Origin: Longimicrobiales bacterium
Lineage (GTDB): Bacteria > Gemmatimonadota > Gemmatimonadetes > Longimicrobiales > Gaopeijiaceae
Direction: 5' to 3'
NCBI GenBank assembly: GCA_965197725.1
Contig: CBDANQ010000058.1
Coordinates: forward strand, 32,001-96,000
Length of the DNA: 64,000 nt
A model generated the notes under the pieces. The model was not told where the DNA came from, made no database searches, and saw nothing but the letters and a program-made list of their open reading frames with translations. The translations under genes were made by a program, and so were the position numbers. Positions 1 to 9,545 of this stretch are shown here, in pieces. The first letter of the stretch is position 1; every line of letters starts with the position of its first letter.

Positions 1-52
1 ACTCGAAGCCCCGCTGGTCGGCTCCGTTGCCCTCGCGATTGTGACGCGCCAA
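1..52 (-). CDS. 5' end of a conserved hypothetical protein (runs off window)
   Basis: Minus strand GAGGAG RBS then TTG GCG CGT CAC AAT CGC GAG GGC = MARHNREGNGADQRGFE...; preceded by a TTGACA. Confidence 0.6.
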   Translation of the reverse strand, partial: MARHNREGNGADQRGFE

Positions 53-91
53 CCCGACTCCTCTGGAGAGGTGGGTTTTCAAGAAATGCGT

Positions 92-126
92 AAACGAATG
101 TTTTCTCAGCGACACCCAAATGTCAA
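92..126 (-). promoter_or_regulatory. Putative sigma70 promoter with overlapping AAAC-N4-GTTT (LexA-box-like) site
   Basis: TTGACA at 126-121, 17-bp spacer, weak -10 AAACAT at 103-98; AAACATTCGTTT at 103-92. Confidence 0.4.
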
Positions 127-201
127 GTTTTAGAGTCGTCACTTCGGCTGAAGCGTAACGCCGGGAACGGTCCCGCAGGATCGCCTTGCTGGATTTTTCC
201 G

Positions 202-1362
202 CTAAATGTTCAGCGGCACTGGAACAAAAGTCAGGAAAAATATCGCGACCAGCAGCCACCCCAAGGTCCTTCGCGCACGTCCGACACTCTCTTCTGGTTG
301 CACGACCCTGGGGTGGTCTATTCGGCCCCGGTGCAGCACCATAATCAGCAACGCCCATGCCCACCAACCCCACCAAAGAAGTCCGAGCGGGAGCAAGGCG
401 ACCATGAAGAGGCGCGCCGCCTTCCCCTGATGCTCAGGCATCAGCGCGTACAGGATGTGCCCACCGTCGAGTTGGCCGAGCGGGAGCAGGTTCAACGCGG
501 TCACGAACAAGCCCAGCCAACCCGCGAGCGCGAGCGGGTGCAGAAGGATCGGGGTCTCGCCCAGCGCGCCGGGTGCGAGCCAGGTCGCGAGCACGTGGAT
601 GATCGCGCCGTTCCCGAGCCACACTGGCTGACCGGCGAACTGGATCAGGAACGGGGTCTCGATGGTGGCGCGCCCTGGTACGACCTGGGAGAGCGCCAGC
701 CCGATGCCAAGCAGGGGTAGCGACAGCACAAAGCTCGCCAACGGGCCCGCCGCCCCGACGTCGAAGAGGATCGCTCGCCGGATGGTAGGCCCCTTGAGGC
801 GAATGAACGCGCCCACGGTCCCGATGATCGAGAAGTACGGCGGGAACGGGATGAAGTACGGTAGCGTCGCACGGACCCGATTGACTCTAGCGGCTACGTA
901 GTGCCCCATCTCGTGCGCGAGCAGCACGCCCATGAACGGGAGTGCAAACGGAGCCCCCAGCACGAGGCCGCTCCAGTTGAGACGGGTAGGGAATGGGATC
1001 GCCATCTCGCCCAAGCGGAAGACCTGCGTGGCGAGCGGATCGATTCCGACCATGAGAGCGCCAGCCGCCATCGTCGTGACCATCGTGGCAGCGAAGAGCG
1101 CCAGGTGGATCCACGGCCCTCGACCTCGTTCATCGGTCGCGTGGTACACCAGGGCGACTTGGGTGCGGTCGCCTTCGTGTTTTAAGTGGGCGGAGGCCGG
1201 CCACGCTTGAAGCGCGGCCTGTACTTCCGGGGATGCCCCCTTGAGATCCTCGCGGAGAGTGCCCTCGAGCAGCGTGTCGTGGCGAAGAGAGGTCAGCCGG
1301 TACTCGGCCAAAAGAGGCAGCCACAGGCCCGGATCAGGCTTGACCGTCTTTCTGAGAGCCAT
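202..1362 (-). CDS. Site-2 protease family (M50) membrane metalloprotease
   Basis: HEMGH and NLLPLGQLDGGH motifs, multiple TM segments; likely ATG at 1362 (ORF opens 1413). Confidence 0.9.
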   Translation of the reverse strand: MALRKTVKPDPGLWLPLLAEYRLTSLRHDTLLEGTLREDLKGASPEVQAALQAWPASAHLKHEGDRTQVALVYHATDERGRGPWIHLALFAATMVTTMAAGALMVGIDPLATQVFRLGEMAIPFPTRLNWSGLVLGAPFALPFMGVLLAHEMGHYVAARVNRVRATLPYFIPFPPYFSIIGTVGAFIRLKGPTIRRAILFDVGAAGPLASFVLSLPLLGIGLALSQVVPGRATIETPFLIQFAGQPVWLGNGAIIHVLATWLAPGALGETPILLHPLALAGWLGLFVTALNLLPLGQLDGGHILYALMPEHQGKAARLFMVALLPLGLLWWGWWAWALLIMVLHRGRIDHPRVVQPEESVGRARRTLGWLLVAIFFLTFVPVPLNI

Positions 1363-1549
1363 TAATGTGGTCTCAATCCCATAAAATCTCCGCAGGTCCA
1401 CTGCGCCCGGCACGTCCCCGAGCCACGGGAAAAGACGTCAGCGGGCACCGACTAGGCATTCGCGATCCCTCGGTCGATTCCTTCTTTTCCACTCCGCAGT
1501 ACCCGGTTCAGCCGGCAGTTGTAGTCCACACTCATCGGAGCCCTCGCTC

Positions 1550-2809
1550 GTGGACATCGCAGAGCTAAAGAACAAGAGCGTCGGGGACCTACACGACCTC
1601 GCGGAGGAGTTGAACATCAGCAACTTCACGGGCCTCCGCAAGCAAGACCTGATCTTTAAGATCGAGCAAGGCCTGCTCGAATCGGAGGTGGTTCTTCGCG
1701 GAGAAGGGGTCCTCGAGATCCTCACGGAAGGGTACGGCTTCCTGCGTTCGCAGGACTGGAATTATCTGTACGGTCCCGACGACATCTACGTCAGTCCGTC
1801 GCAGCTCAAGCGCTTCGATCTGCGTACCGGCGACGTGATCGGCGGACAGGTTCGTCCGCCAAAGAGTGGCGAGAGGTACCTCGCTCTTCTCAAGGTCGAG
1901 TCCGTGAACGGCCTCGACCCGGAGGATGCGAAGAATCGGGAAAGTTTCGACAATCTCCGGCCTCGCTATCCCGAGGAGAGATTGAAGCTCGAAGTGCTCG
2001 GCGAACAGGGAAGTCTCTCCATGCGTGTCATCGACCTGATCGCCCCGATCGGGAAAGGTCAGCGAGGCCTGATCGTGTCCCCTCCGAAAGCGGGCAAGAC
2101 CACGATCCTCCAGGAGATCGCCAACTCGATCACCATCAACGAGCCCGACGTGCATCTCATCGTCTTGCTCATCGACGAGCGACCCGAAGAGGTCACGGAC
2201 ATGGAGGAACAGGTCGAGGCCGAGGTCATCTCGTCAACCTTCGATGAGCCCGCCGAACGTCATGTCCAGGTCGCGGACATGGTGATGGAGAAGGCGAAGC
2301 GGCTCGTCGAGCACGGGAAGGACGTGGTGGTGCTGCTCGACTCGATCACCAGGCTGGCGCGCGCTTACAACACCACTATGCCGCACTCCGGCCGAATCCT
2401 GTCGGGAGGCGTGGACGCGAATGCGCTACAGAAGCCGAAGAGGTTCTTCGGCGCGGCGCGGAACATCGAGGGTGGCGGATCGCTCACCATCGTCGCGACC
2501 GCGCTCATCGAGACCGGTAGCCGCATGGACGAAGTGATCTTCGAGGAGTTCAAGGGCACGGGAAACCTGGAGCTGGTCCTGGATCGCGAGATCTCCGACC
2601 GGCGAATCTTCCCGGCGATCGACCTCAACCGGTCGAGTACACGGAAGGAGGAGTTGCTACTCAACGAGACGGAGCTCAACCGCATCTATCTGCTTCGGAA
2701 CTTTCTGGCGGACATGCCTCCGGCGGAAGCGATCGAGTTCTTGCTTTCGCGGATGAACGGGACGGATAGCAATCAGGAGTTCTTGGACTCCATGGCTCGG
2801 GGGGAGTAG
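1550..2809 (+). CDS. rho: Transcription termination factor Rho
   Basis: [21 protein letters not shown] Walker [20 protein letters not shown]; 419 aa. Confidence 0.99.
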   Translation: MDIAELKNKSVGDLHDLAEELNISNFTGLRKQDLIFKIEQGLLESEVVLRGEGVLEILTEGYGFLRSQDWNYLYGPDDIYVSPSQLKRFDLRTGDVIGGQVRPPKSGERYLALLKVESVNGLDPEDAKNRESFDNLRPRYPEERLKLEVLGEQGSLSMRVIDLIAPIGKGQRGLIVSPPKAGKTTILQEIANSITINEPDVHLIVLLIDERPEEVTDMEEQVEAEVISSTFDEPAERHVQVADMVMEKAKRLVEHGKDVVVLLDSITRLARAYNTTMPHSGRILSGGVDANALQKPKRFFGAARNIEGGGSLTIVATALIETGSRMDEVIFEEFKGTGNLELVLDREISDRRIFPAIDLNRSSTRKEELLLNETELNRIYLLRNFLADMPPAEAIEFLLSRMNGTDSNQEFLDSMARGE

Positions 2810-2950
2810 CGCTTCGGAGCGGGCTGACGAGCCGGGGCCTTCCCTTCGCTCAGACATCGTTTTCCCCGCTTCCCTTTCCCCGGCCACTACGCAATGTCGC
2901 TGCGGGAAGGACCCCAGCTCCTCAGCCTCGGCCGCGCCTCCGACCCTTTG

Positions 2951-3397
2951 TTAGTTCTGGCGGCGTTGTTTGCCGGATACTAGGACGTCGTAGGTGGCTC
3001 GTTGGGCGGGGCTCAGGGTGGCGGGGAGGCTTACTAGGAGGGCTCGCAGGCCTTGATTCTGCGGCAGGTGGAGCACGAGTTGGTCGGGTGACGTTGGTGG
3101 TTCGTAGGGGTGGGCGCACCCGCTGGTATCTATGCTCACGGCACGGCCCGGAGCGAGCGACTCGGCGAGCATGTGGCCGTACTCGGCCCACGCGATGAGC
3201 GGGTCGACCGAACCGGCGGCGATTTCCGGGATTAGCCGGTCCTTGTAGTAGGCAACCGCTTCGGAATACGCGGCGGCATCGACGCTCTTGAGCTCGCGCA
3301 GCCTGTCCCGGTAGAACTCACGGGGGTCGCGCGCACCGGAGGACTCGAGGGCTTCCCGAAGGCGGCGGTCGGCTTCTGCCGTATGGTCTTCGGACAT
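2951..3397 (-). CDS. Hypothetical protein
   Basis: Protein-like ORF from MSEDHTAEAD; no family recognised. Confidence 0.7.
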   Translation of the reverse strand: MSEDHTAEADRRLREALESSGARDPREFYRDRLRELKSVDAAAYSEAVAYYKDRLIPEIAAGSVDPLIAWAEYGHMLAESLAPGRAVSIDTSGCAHPYEPPTSPDQLVLHLPQNQGLRALLVSLPATLSPAQRATYDVLVSGKQRRQN

Positions 3398-3435
3398 GGC
3401 GGGAAGGATCACCTCATGGCGGGGTAGTTGCAACG

Positions 3436-3952
3436 ATGTCGCCTATCGAATCATCGTTCGAGTACCTGGACCTCTCCTGGGAGATGTTCGGAGAACTCTG
3501 TCGCGCGCTCGCGCTCAAGGTGGCTCGAGACTATGACCCGGACGTCGTCGTTGGCATCGCTCGAGCGGGAGCACTCCCGGGCGCGGTCGTGGCCACGATT
3601 CTCGGCGTCGATATTCTACTCGATGAAAATCTCGAGGAAGGGTGACGACAACGAAGTGCGTGAGCGGCCGGAGATCCTCTCGGCGGCTCCCCGCGAGGTC
3701 GAGAGCCAACGGGTGCTGATCGTCGACGAGGTAACCACCTCCGGAGCGACCCTTCGGCTCGCGCTCGCCGTGGTGCGCGACACCCACCCCATCGAGGTCC
3801 GGACCGCCACCAGCTTCGCGCGCACGCGCGGCTACAAGCCGGACTACTTCGCGCTGGAGACCGATGCCGAGGTGGTCCTCCCCTGGGATCACCACCTCTT
3901 GGAAGACGACGAGTTCGTCGCGAACCCACGGTACGGGGACGCGGTAGACTAG
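3436..3952 (+). pseudogene. Type I phosphoribosyltransferase (xanthine/guanine PRT-like), frameshifted
   Basis: N-half VVGIARAG (3436-3612) and C-half with PRPP motif VLIVDEVTTSGAT are in different frames; 1 extra base at ~3613 (GTC GAT a TTC TAC). Confidence 0.8.
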
Positions 3953-4011
3953 ACGACCGAGGTGGGGCCCTCTGTACATCTCGCCCCGCGTCCCTGGGAC
4001 ACCTAGTTTAC

Positions 4012-4933
4012 GTGTCCACCCGTTTTTTTGGCCGCCGCCTCACGCTTTCCCAGGAGTTGCAAGTGGAGTTCGAGCCGGTCATTCAGCATTGGCTGGCAGC
4101 GGTCGCTCAGGCGGCCGACCTCCCCGGCATGGAAGAGCTGAGCGTCGACTCGGAAACCGAGCTCGCGGGCGCCTGGGATCTCGTCAGCATGGCCACCGGG
4201 ACCCCTCACGACAAGTTGGCCGAGCGCGTCGCGGCACACTATCGACTCGTGGTCGCGGACCTGTCCACGGCCGATCCCCACGCGCGCAGGCTGATCCCGG
4301 GGGTTATCGCGAGAAAGCGCAACGTCGTCCCGCTGCGGTACACGGACCGTTCGCTCGTGATCGCCACGGCCGACCCAGTCAGCATGGAAGCGGAGAGCGA
4401 GCTACATAAGATCTCATCACGAACTGTGCACTTCGAAGTGGCTACGCCCGCATCACTCGCCGCCGCCGTACTCGATATCTATCCGGAGGAGGAGGGGCTA
4501 CGTCACGAGGTGCCTCTGCTCTCGCACGAAGCGAAGGGCGGGCCTCGCATCCTGGTGGTCGATGATGACGCCTCGATGCGGCTACTCCTCACTACGATGC
4601 TTTCCGAGAACGGCTTCCGGGTCGCCGAGGCCACGGACGGCCCCGAGGCGCTCGCGATGCTGCGAGGCGACGACCCGTTCGACCTCGTGACGCTGGATCT
4701 GCGCATGAAGGAGATGCACAGAGGTTCTTCATCAGATCCGCTCACGGCTTCCAACGGCAGATCTTCCTGTGATCGTCGCGACGGGTTCGGGCGACCCCGC
4801 GGTAGAGATGCAGCTATTCGAGGCGGGCGCGGACGACTTCGTGGTCAAGCCCGTCGATCCACCGCGTTTCCTGCTGCGGATTCGAGCGGTGCTCCGGCGG
4901 CGGAGTTCCAACCCGCTGGCCGATCTCTTCTAG
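4012..4933 (+). pseudogene. GspE/PilB N-terminal-like domain fused to a receiver domain, frameshifted
   Basis: IPGVIARKRNVVPL...IATADP (T2SSE_N-like), ILVVDDD...DL receiver; after MH at 4719 the correct frame EVLHQIR...GADDFVVKP ends at TAG 4931-4933. Confidence 0.75.
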
Positions 4934-4971
4934 AAGGGCTCGGGGTCAGTCGGTACGCCGATGGGCACCTC

Positions 4972-5826
4972 CTAGAAGCGCCCCCGGGCCCGCTCCTTCC
5001 CGGGGAGGATCTCCAGGCAGGTGGTCCACCAACCGGTGAGAATCGTCTGCACGAACTCCTCCGGCAGCTCCTCGGACCGCATCTCGACGGCGAGCGCCTG
5101 GTGATCGTACGTGACGGGGACGAACTCGACCGACAGCTCGCGCCCCGCGGCCTGGAGCACCGCATACCAGACCTCGGTTCGCCCATCATTCGCGGGCCGC
5201 CCCAGAGCCCCCACGTTGACATAGGCGCCGGCGGTGGCATCACGGATCGAAGGCGGTGCACTCAGATCGCCCCACCTCCGCGTCCAGTGGATACCGGTAT
5301 GCGTGCCAAGGATCACGTCGGCCTCACTGTCGCTCGCGAGCTTGTGCAGGAAGTGCGTCGGCGTGGTGGACTCCCACAAGAACTCATTGATCTGCCGAGG
5401 ACTTCCGTGACACGCCACGACGGAAAGTGCCCCTAGCTGGAAGCGCAGCTCCCTCGGAAACGTGCCCATCCACGCCCGATGCTCGGCTGAAGTGTTCCGG
5501 AACGTGTACTGGTACGACAGACGCGCGTACTGGTTGTCACGAGGGTCGGTGTACCCGCACTGGCAGTCGTCAAGTCCGCGTGCGACGGAGTCGTCGTAGT
5601 TCCCGCGCACGACCGGGATGCCGGCCTCCTTCAGGACGCCCGCTGTCTCGTCAGGGTGAGGGCCGAACCCGCCAAGGTCGCCGAGGCAGATGATCTCGTC
5701 GACATCCCTCGCCCGTGCGTCCGCGATGGCAGCGTGGAGGGCGAGATGGTTCGAGTAGACCCCGCCGAAGACGGCGATCCGGTGGTACGCCCGCTGCGCT
5801 TGGGGAGCGACTCGACACGGCCTCAT
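4972..5826 (-). CDS. Calcineurin-like metallophosphoesterase with CxC motif
   Basis: CLGDLGG, RGNYD, CHGSP, GTHTG, NVGALG; ATGA overlap with radical SAM stop. Confidence 0.85.
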   Translation of the reverse strand: MRPCRVAPQAQRAYHRIAVFGGVYSNHLALHAAIADARARDVDEIICLGDLGGFGPHPDETAGVLKEAGIPVVRGNYDDSVARGLDDCQCGYTDPRDNQYARLSYQYTFRNTSAEHRAWMGTFPRELRFQLGALSVVACHGSPRQINEFLWESTTPTHFLHKLASDSEADVILGTHTGIHWTRRWGDLSAPPSIRDATAGAYVNVGALGRPANDGRTEVWYAVLQAAGRELSVEFVPVTYDHQALAVEMRSEELPEEFVQTILTGWWTTCLEILPGKERARGRF

Positions 5827-6734
5827 GAAAAGTCCTGAGCGTATCCGGGCAGGTTCGCGCACATCGCGCCGCTGACGTAGCAGGTGTAGCACGCTTGCTC
5901 CGACAACCGCGCTGGGGCGGCCGTCGCTTCCCGCAAAGTCTCACCCAGCCGACCGGACTCGTAGTCGAGCAAGATCGGGCAGACCCAAACACCACGAGCC
6001 GTGACGAGCCGAGCCCGTGCGCAAAGCAGGAGGTCTCGATCGTACCCAACCATCATCTCGGCCGTGACGCGGTCGGTTTCGGCATAGCCTCCCGACCGCC
6101 CCTCCTCGGCGCCGATCCGCAAGGGCGGCAGGATCTTCAGCCGGGCGCGGGCGTAACCGATACCCGCGAGTAATTCTCGGAACGCATCAAGTACCTCCGG
6201 CGTCTCGAAGTCGTCCCATGTCTGCATCGCGGTCACGATCGGAAGAAAGCCGGCGGCGACCAGGCGCTCCATCCCTTCCATCGCCCTCGCGAACGCTCCC
6301 TCGCCGCGGAGCACGTCGTTCATCTCCGGGGTGGTGCCGTCGATGCTCACGCGTAACTCGAGCGTGTACCGTGAAGCGCGCGCGATTCGGGCCAGCTCAG
6401 CCACCCTCCGTTGCGAAAGCAGAGTCGCATTGGTGAGGACCGTAGCGGGCCCGATGGCTAATGTGTCCTCCAGGATCCCCGGCATCTCCCGGTTCATGAA
6501 GGGCTCCCCACCGGTGAAGTAGTACTCCTTCACCCCCATGCTGGCCGAAGTGACGAGGTGCTCGCAAACTTGCTCGCGATCGAGGAACCAGTGACTGTGG
6601 TTCTCGGGCGAGCAGGAGATGAAGCAGTGGGAGCACCTCAGATTGCACACCGTGCCCGCGACCTGGAACCACAGCTGATCCAGCGCTGCGAGCGGCACGG
6701 CCGGGGCTTCCAGGATGGGAAGAGCTTTGCTCAT
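5823..6734 (-). CDS. Radical SAM enzyme with C-terminal Cys-rich domain (ArsS-like architecture)
   Basis: CNLRCSHC (CxxxCxxC), TGGEPF, extra Cys in LCARAR, VCPIL, CYTC...MC; start MSKALPIL. Confidence 0.9.
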   Translation of the reverse strand: MSKALPILEAPAVPLAALDQLWFQVAGTVCNLRCSHCFISCSPENHSHWFLDREQVCEHLVTSASMGVKEYYFTGGEPFMNREMPGILEDTLAIGPATVLTNATLLSQRRVAELARIARASRYTLELRVSIDGTTPEMNDVLRGEGAFARAMEGMERLVAAGFLPIVTAMQTWDDFETPEVLDAFRELLAGIGYARARLKILPPLRIGAEEGRSGGYAETDRVTAEMMVGYDRDLLLCARARLVTARGVWVCPILLDYESGRLGETLREATAAPARLSEQACYTCYVSGAMCANLPGYAQDFS

Positions 6735-6742
6735 GAACCAGC

Positions 6743-7720
6743 CTACTCGAAGCTGCCCGGCACCGCCTCGAACATCGTCTTCGCGACCTCCTCCGCCGAC
6801 TTCATCTTCGACAGATCGAGTTCGAAGTCCGGACGCGCGGGCGCCTGCAGCTTGGCAACCAGCTCGCGGATCTCCCGGGCGGAAAGTCCCGCTTCCTTCA
6901 GATCGTCCACGCTGAAGGACGCCCCGGCGCGGGCGGAGATCCCGTCCCCTCCCCCGACGAGGAGTCGCGACAATACCTCGAGCTCCCCGCGGCTCATGGG
7001 TCGTCCCACAAGGTCGTAGTCTACCCACGCTTCGTACGACAGCGGCGCGACCCGCTTCACCATGCCCGCGATGATCTCAGCGAAGACCTGGATCTCCCAC
7101 TGCGCGTGCGGGTCCGCACGCAGTGACAAGAAGTGCAGAAGGTTGTGCAGATTGATCTTCCAGTACCACTGGGTATACGTCGAGAGCGGTAGGTCGATAC
7201 GGGCGATCTCTCGCGCCACGTCCTCGCCAATCATCCAGGTGTAGCCGTCGCTCGCCGCTTCACGGAGGCCACGCCACCGCTCGATCGCCTCCGCGTACAC
7301 CGCGTCCGGCGCGCCCGCGCCTCTGCCCTGCTGGCTCTGCGCGCTCTGGAGCGCGAACTGCTCCCGCTCGGGCATGTAGTAGAGCAGCGGCATGAGGCTA
7401 TAGCGTCCGCTGTATTCGTTCACGGAGGCCGTCCGGTGCCGTATCCACTGCCGGGCTACGAACATCGGCATCGCGCAGTGGAACTTGAACTCCACCATCT
7501 CCGACGGCGTCGTGTGTCGATGACGGCGTAGATACCGAACCAGTCCGCGTGTGGCGGACACCTTCCGCGTACCGTATCCGTAGCTGACGCGTGCGGCCCT
7601 CTCGACGTCATCGTCCTTGCCCATGTAGTCGACGAGCGCGACGAACCCGTGATCGAGCGCGGGGAAATAGCCGCCCAGAATCTCTTCCGCGGCCGGACTG
7701 GTTGGTCTTTTGGTCTCCAT
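6743..7720 (-). CDS. thyX: FAD-dependent thymidylate synthase
   Basis: AARVSY, HTTPSE, RQWIRHRTASVNEYSGRY signature. Confidence 0.97.
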   Translation of the reverse strand: METKRPTSPAAEEILGGYFPALDHGFVALVDYMGKDDDVERAARVSYGYGTRKVSATRGLVRYLRRHRHTTPSEMVEFKFHCAMPMFVARQWIRHRTASVNEYSGRYSLMPLLYYMPEREQFALQSAQSQQGRGAGAPDAVYAEAIERWRGLREAASDGYTWMIGEDVAREIARIDLPLSTYTQWYWKINLHNLLHFLSLRADPHAQWEIQVFAEIIAGMVKRVAPLSYEAWVDYDLVGRPMSRGELEVLSRLLVGGGDGISARAGASFSVDDLKEAGLSAREIRELVAKLQAPARPDFELDLSKMKSAEEVAKTMFEAVPGSFE

Positions 7721-7814
7721 GCCGCCGAATATAGTCGAGCGGTGGTTCACCGGTGAACCACAACGGGGTCAGATCCGTATTAGAATGCATTGCACACTCT
7801 GTAGGAGGTGAACC

Positions 7815-8021
7815 GTGGCTCAGTGCAGTGGAAGTACGAAAAAGGGAAACCGGTGCAAAAGGGATGCGCGAGGCGAGTCACCGTTCTGCGCCATCCATCA
7901 GGACCAGGAGATCCGTGCACGGGAGCCCTGCGAACGAGGTGAGTGGGACAACGACGCCATTATCAAGGCGGTGATCGGCTTCGCCATCATCGGACTGTTC
8001 TTCATGATGCGACGGCGATAG
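7815..8021 (+). CDS. Small C3H zinc-finger-like protein with C-terminal TM helix (DUF5763-like)
   Basis: AGGAGG RBS, GTG; C-x9-C-x10-C-x2-H then hydrophobic helix and RRR. Confidence 0.7.
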   Translation: MAQCSGSTKKGNRCKRDARGESPFCAIHQDQEIRAREPCERGEWDNDAIIKAVIGFAIIGLFFMMRRR

Positions 8022-8030
8022 CGACACTCG

Positions 8031-9545
8031 TTGACCCTACCCCTCTTTGAGCGTGCCGCCGGGATTCGAGATAGGACGGCAATCGTAGCCCCTGAAGGGG
8101 TCTTTACGTTCGGGGAGCTACTCGACACTTCCGGCCGGGTGGCCACGCGGCTGCTCGCCGGGCGCAACGACCTGGACGCCGAGCGCGTCTGTTTCCTCGT
8201 ACCTCCGGGCTGGCACCACGTGTCGGTCCAGTGGGGCGTATGGAGGTCGGGCGGCTTCGCGGTGCCGCTGGCGACATCACATCCGGCGACAGAGCTCGCC
8301 CACGTGCTCGACGACGCTCGGCCCGAAACCGTCGTCGTACATCCCGACCTGATCGACCGGATCGCGGACATCGCCGCCGAACGCCAGCTGCCGGTTCTTC
8401 AGACACCCGCGCTGCTCGCTGAAGGTCCCACCGGAGTGCTGCCGGACCTGGCCGAGCACCGGTCGGCCATCATGCTCTACACATCCGGCACCACGGGGCC
8501 GCCGAAGGGCGTCGTGATCACGCACGGCAACCTCCAGGCGCAGGTCTCTTCGCTGAGCGGTGCGTGGGGTTGGAGCGAGCGCGATCACATTCTGTTGCAC
8601 CTCCCGCTGCACCACGTGCACGGGATCACGAACGTCCTTACGTCGGCGCTCTGGAACGGAGCCACCTGCGAGATCCTGCCACGCTTCAATGCGGTGGATG
8701 TGTGGGAACGCCTCTCCCGGAGCGACTGCACGCTCTATATGGCGGTGCCGACGGTATACCGGCGACTCATCGAAGCGTGGGAACGTGCTGACCCACCGAC
8801 GAGAGACGCGTGGAGCGCTGGAGCATTGGCTTGCCGACTGATGGTGTCCGGCTCGGCCGCGCTTCCAGTCCGGACCCTCGAGCGCTGGCAGGAGATCACC
8901 GGGCAACGCTTGCTCGAGCGGTACGGCATGACCGAGATCGGCATGGCTCTCTCGAATCCGCTCGACGGAGAGAGGCGGGCGGGTCATGTGGGCCAGCCGC
9001 TACCCGGTGTCGACGTCCGCCTCGTGGATGAAGCCGGCAGCCGCCTGGTCGCGGGTGCCGCTGGGGAAATCCAGGTGCGAGGCCCGACGGTCTTCTCGGC
9101 CTACTGGCAGTGTGAGAACGAGACGCGCGCGGCGTTCGGCGACTCGGGCTGGTTCAGCACCGGCGACCAGGCCGTGGTCGAGGACGGCGCATACCGCATC
9201 CTGGGGCGCTCGAGCGTGGACATCCTCAAGACGGGTGGGGAGAAGATCTCCGCGCTCGAGATCGAGGAGGTGTTGCGCTCCTACCCGGGCGTGGTAGACT
9301 GCGCGGTCGTCGGCGTCCCAGACGCCGACTGGGGCGATCGCGTCTGTGCGGCGGTCGTTTACGATGCGGCACATCCACTCGAAGCGGACGCCCTGCGAGA
9401 GTTCGCTCGGGACCGGCTGGCGCCCTATAAGGTGCCCAAGGAGGTCCTCCTCGTGGACGACCTGCCGAGGAACGCGATGGGAAAGGTCAGCAAACTCTCG
9501 GTGTGCGAGCTCTTCGAAGTGCCCGACGCCCTGGAGAGCGAATGA
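8031..9545 (+). CDS. Acyl-CoA synthetase, malonyl-CoA synthetase (MatB/ACSF3)-like
   Basis: YTSGTTGPPKG, LPLHHVHG, ERYGMTE, TGD, LPRNAMGK. Confidence 0.9.
   Translation: MTLPLFERAAGIRDRTAIVAPEGVFTFGELLDTSGRVATRLLAGRNDLDAERVCFLVPPGWHHVSVQWGVWRSGGFAVPLATSHPATELAHVLDDARPETVVVHPDLIDRIADIAAERQLPVLQTPALLAEGPTGVLPDLAEHRSAIMLYTSGTTGPPKGVVITHGNLQAQVSSLSGAWGWSERDHILLHLPLHHVHGITNVLTSALWNGATCEILPRFNAVDVWERLSRSDCTLYMAVPTVYRRLIEAWERADPPTRDAWSAGALACRLMVSGSAALPVRTLERWQEITGQRLLERYGMTEIGMALSNPLDGERRAGHVGQPLPGVDVRLVDEAGSRLVAGAAGEIQVRGPTVFSAYWQCENETRAAFGDSGWFSTGDQAVVEDGAYRILGRSSVDILKTGGEKISALEIEEVLRSYPGVVDCAVVGVPDADWGDRVCAAVVYDAAHPLEADALREFARDRLAPYKVPKEVLLVDDLPRNAMGKVSKLSVCELFEVPDALESE

Noticed and set aside
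4934..5436. Long C-terminal extension of the 474-aa ORF
   Set aside because: Out-of-frame read-through after the frameshift; overlaps a real minus-strand gene
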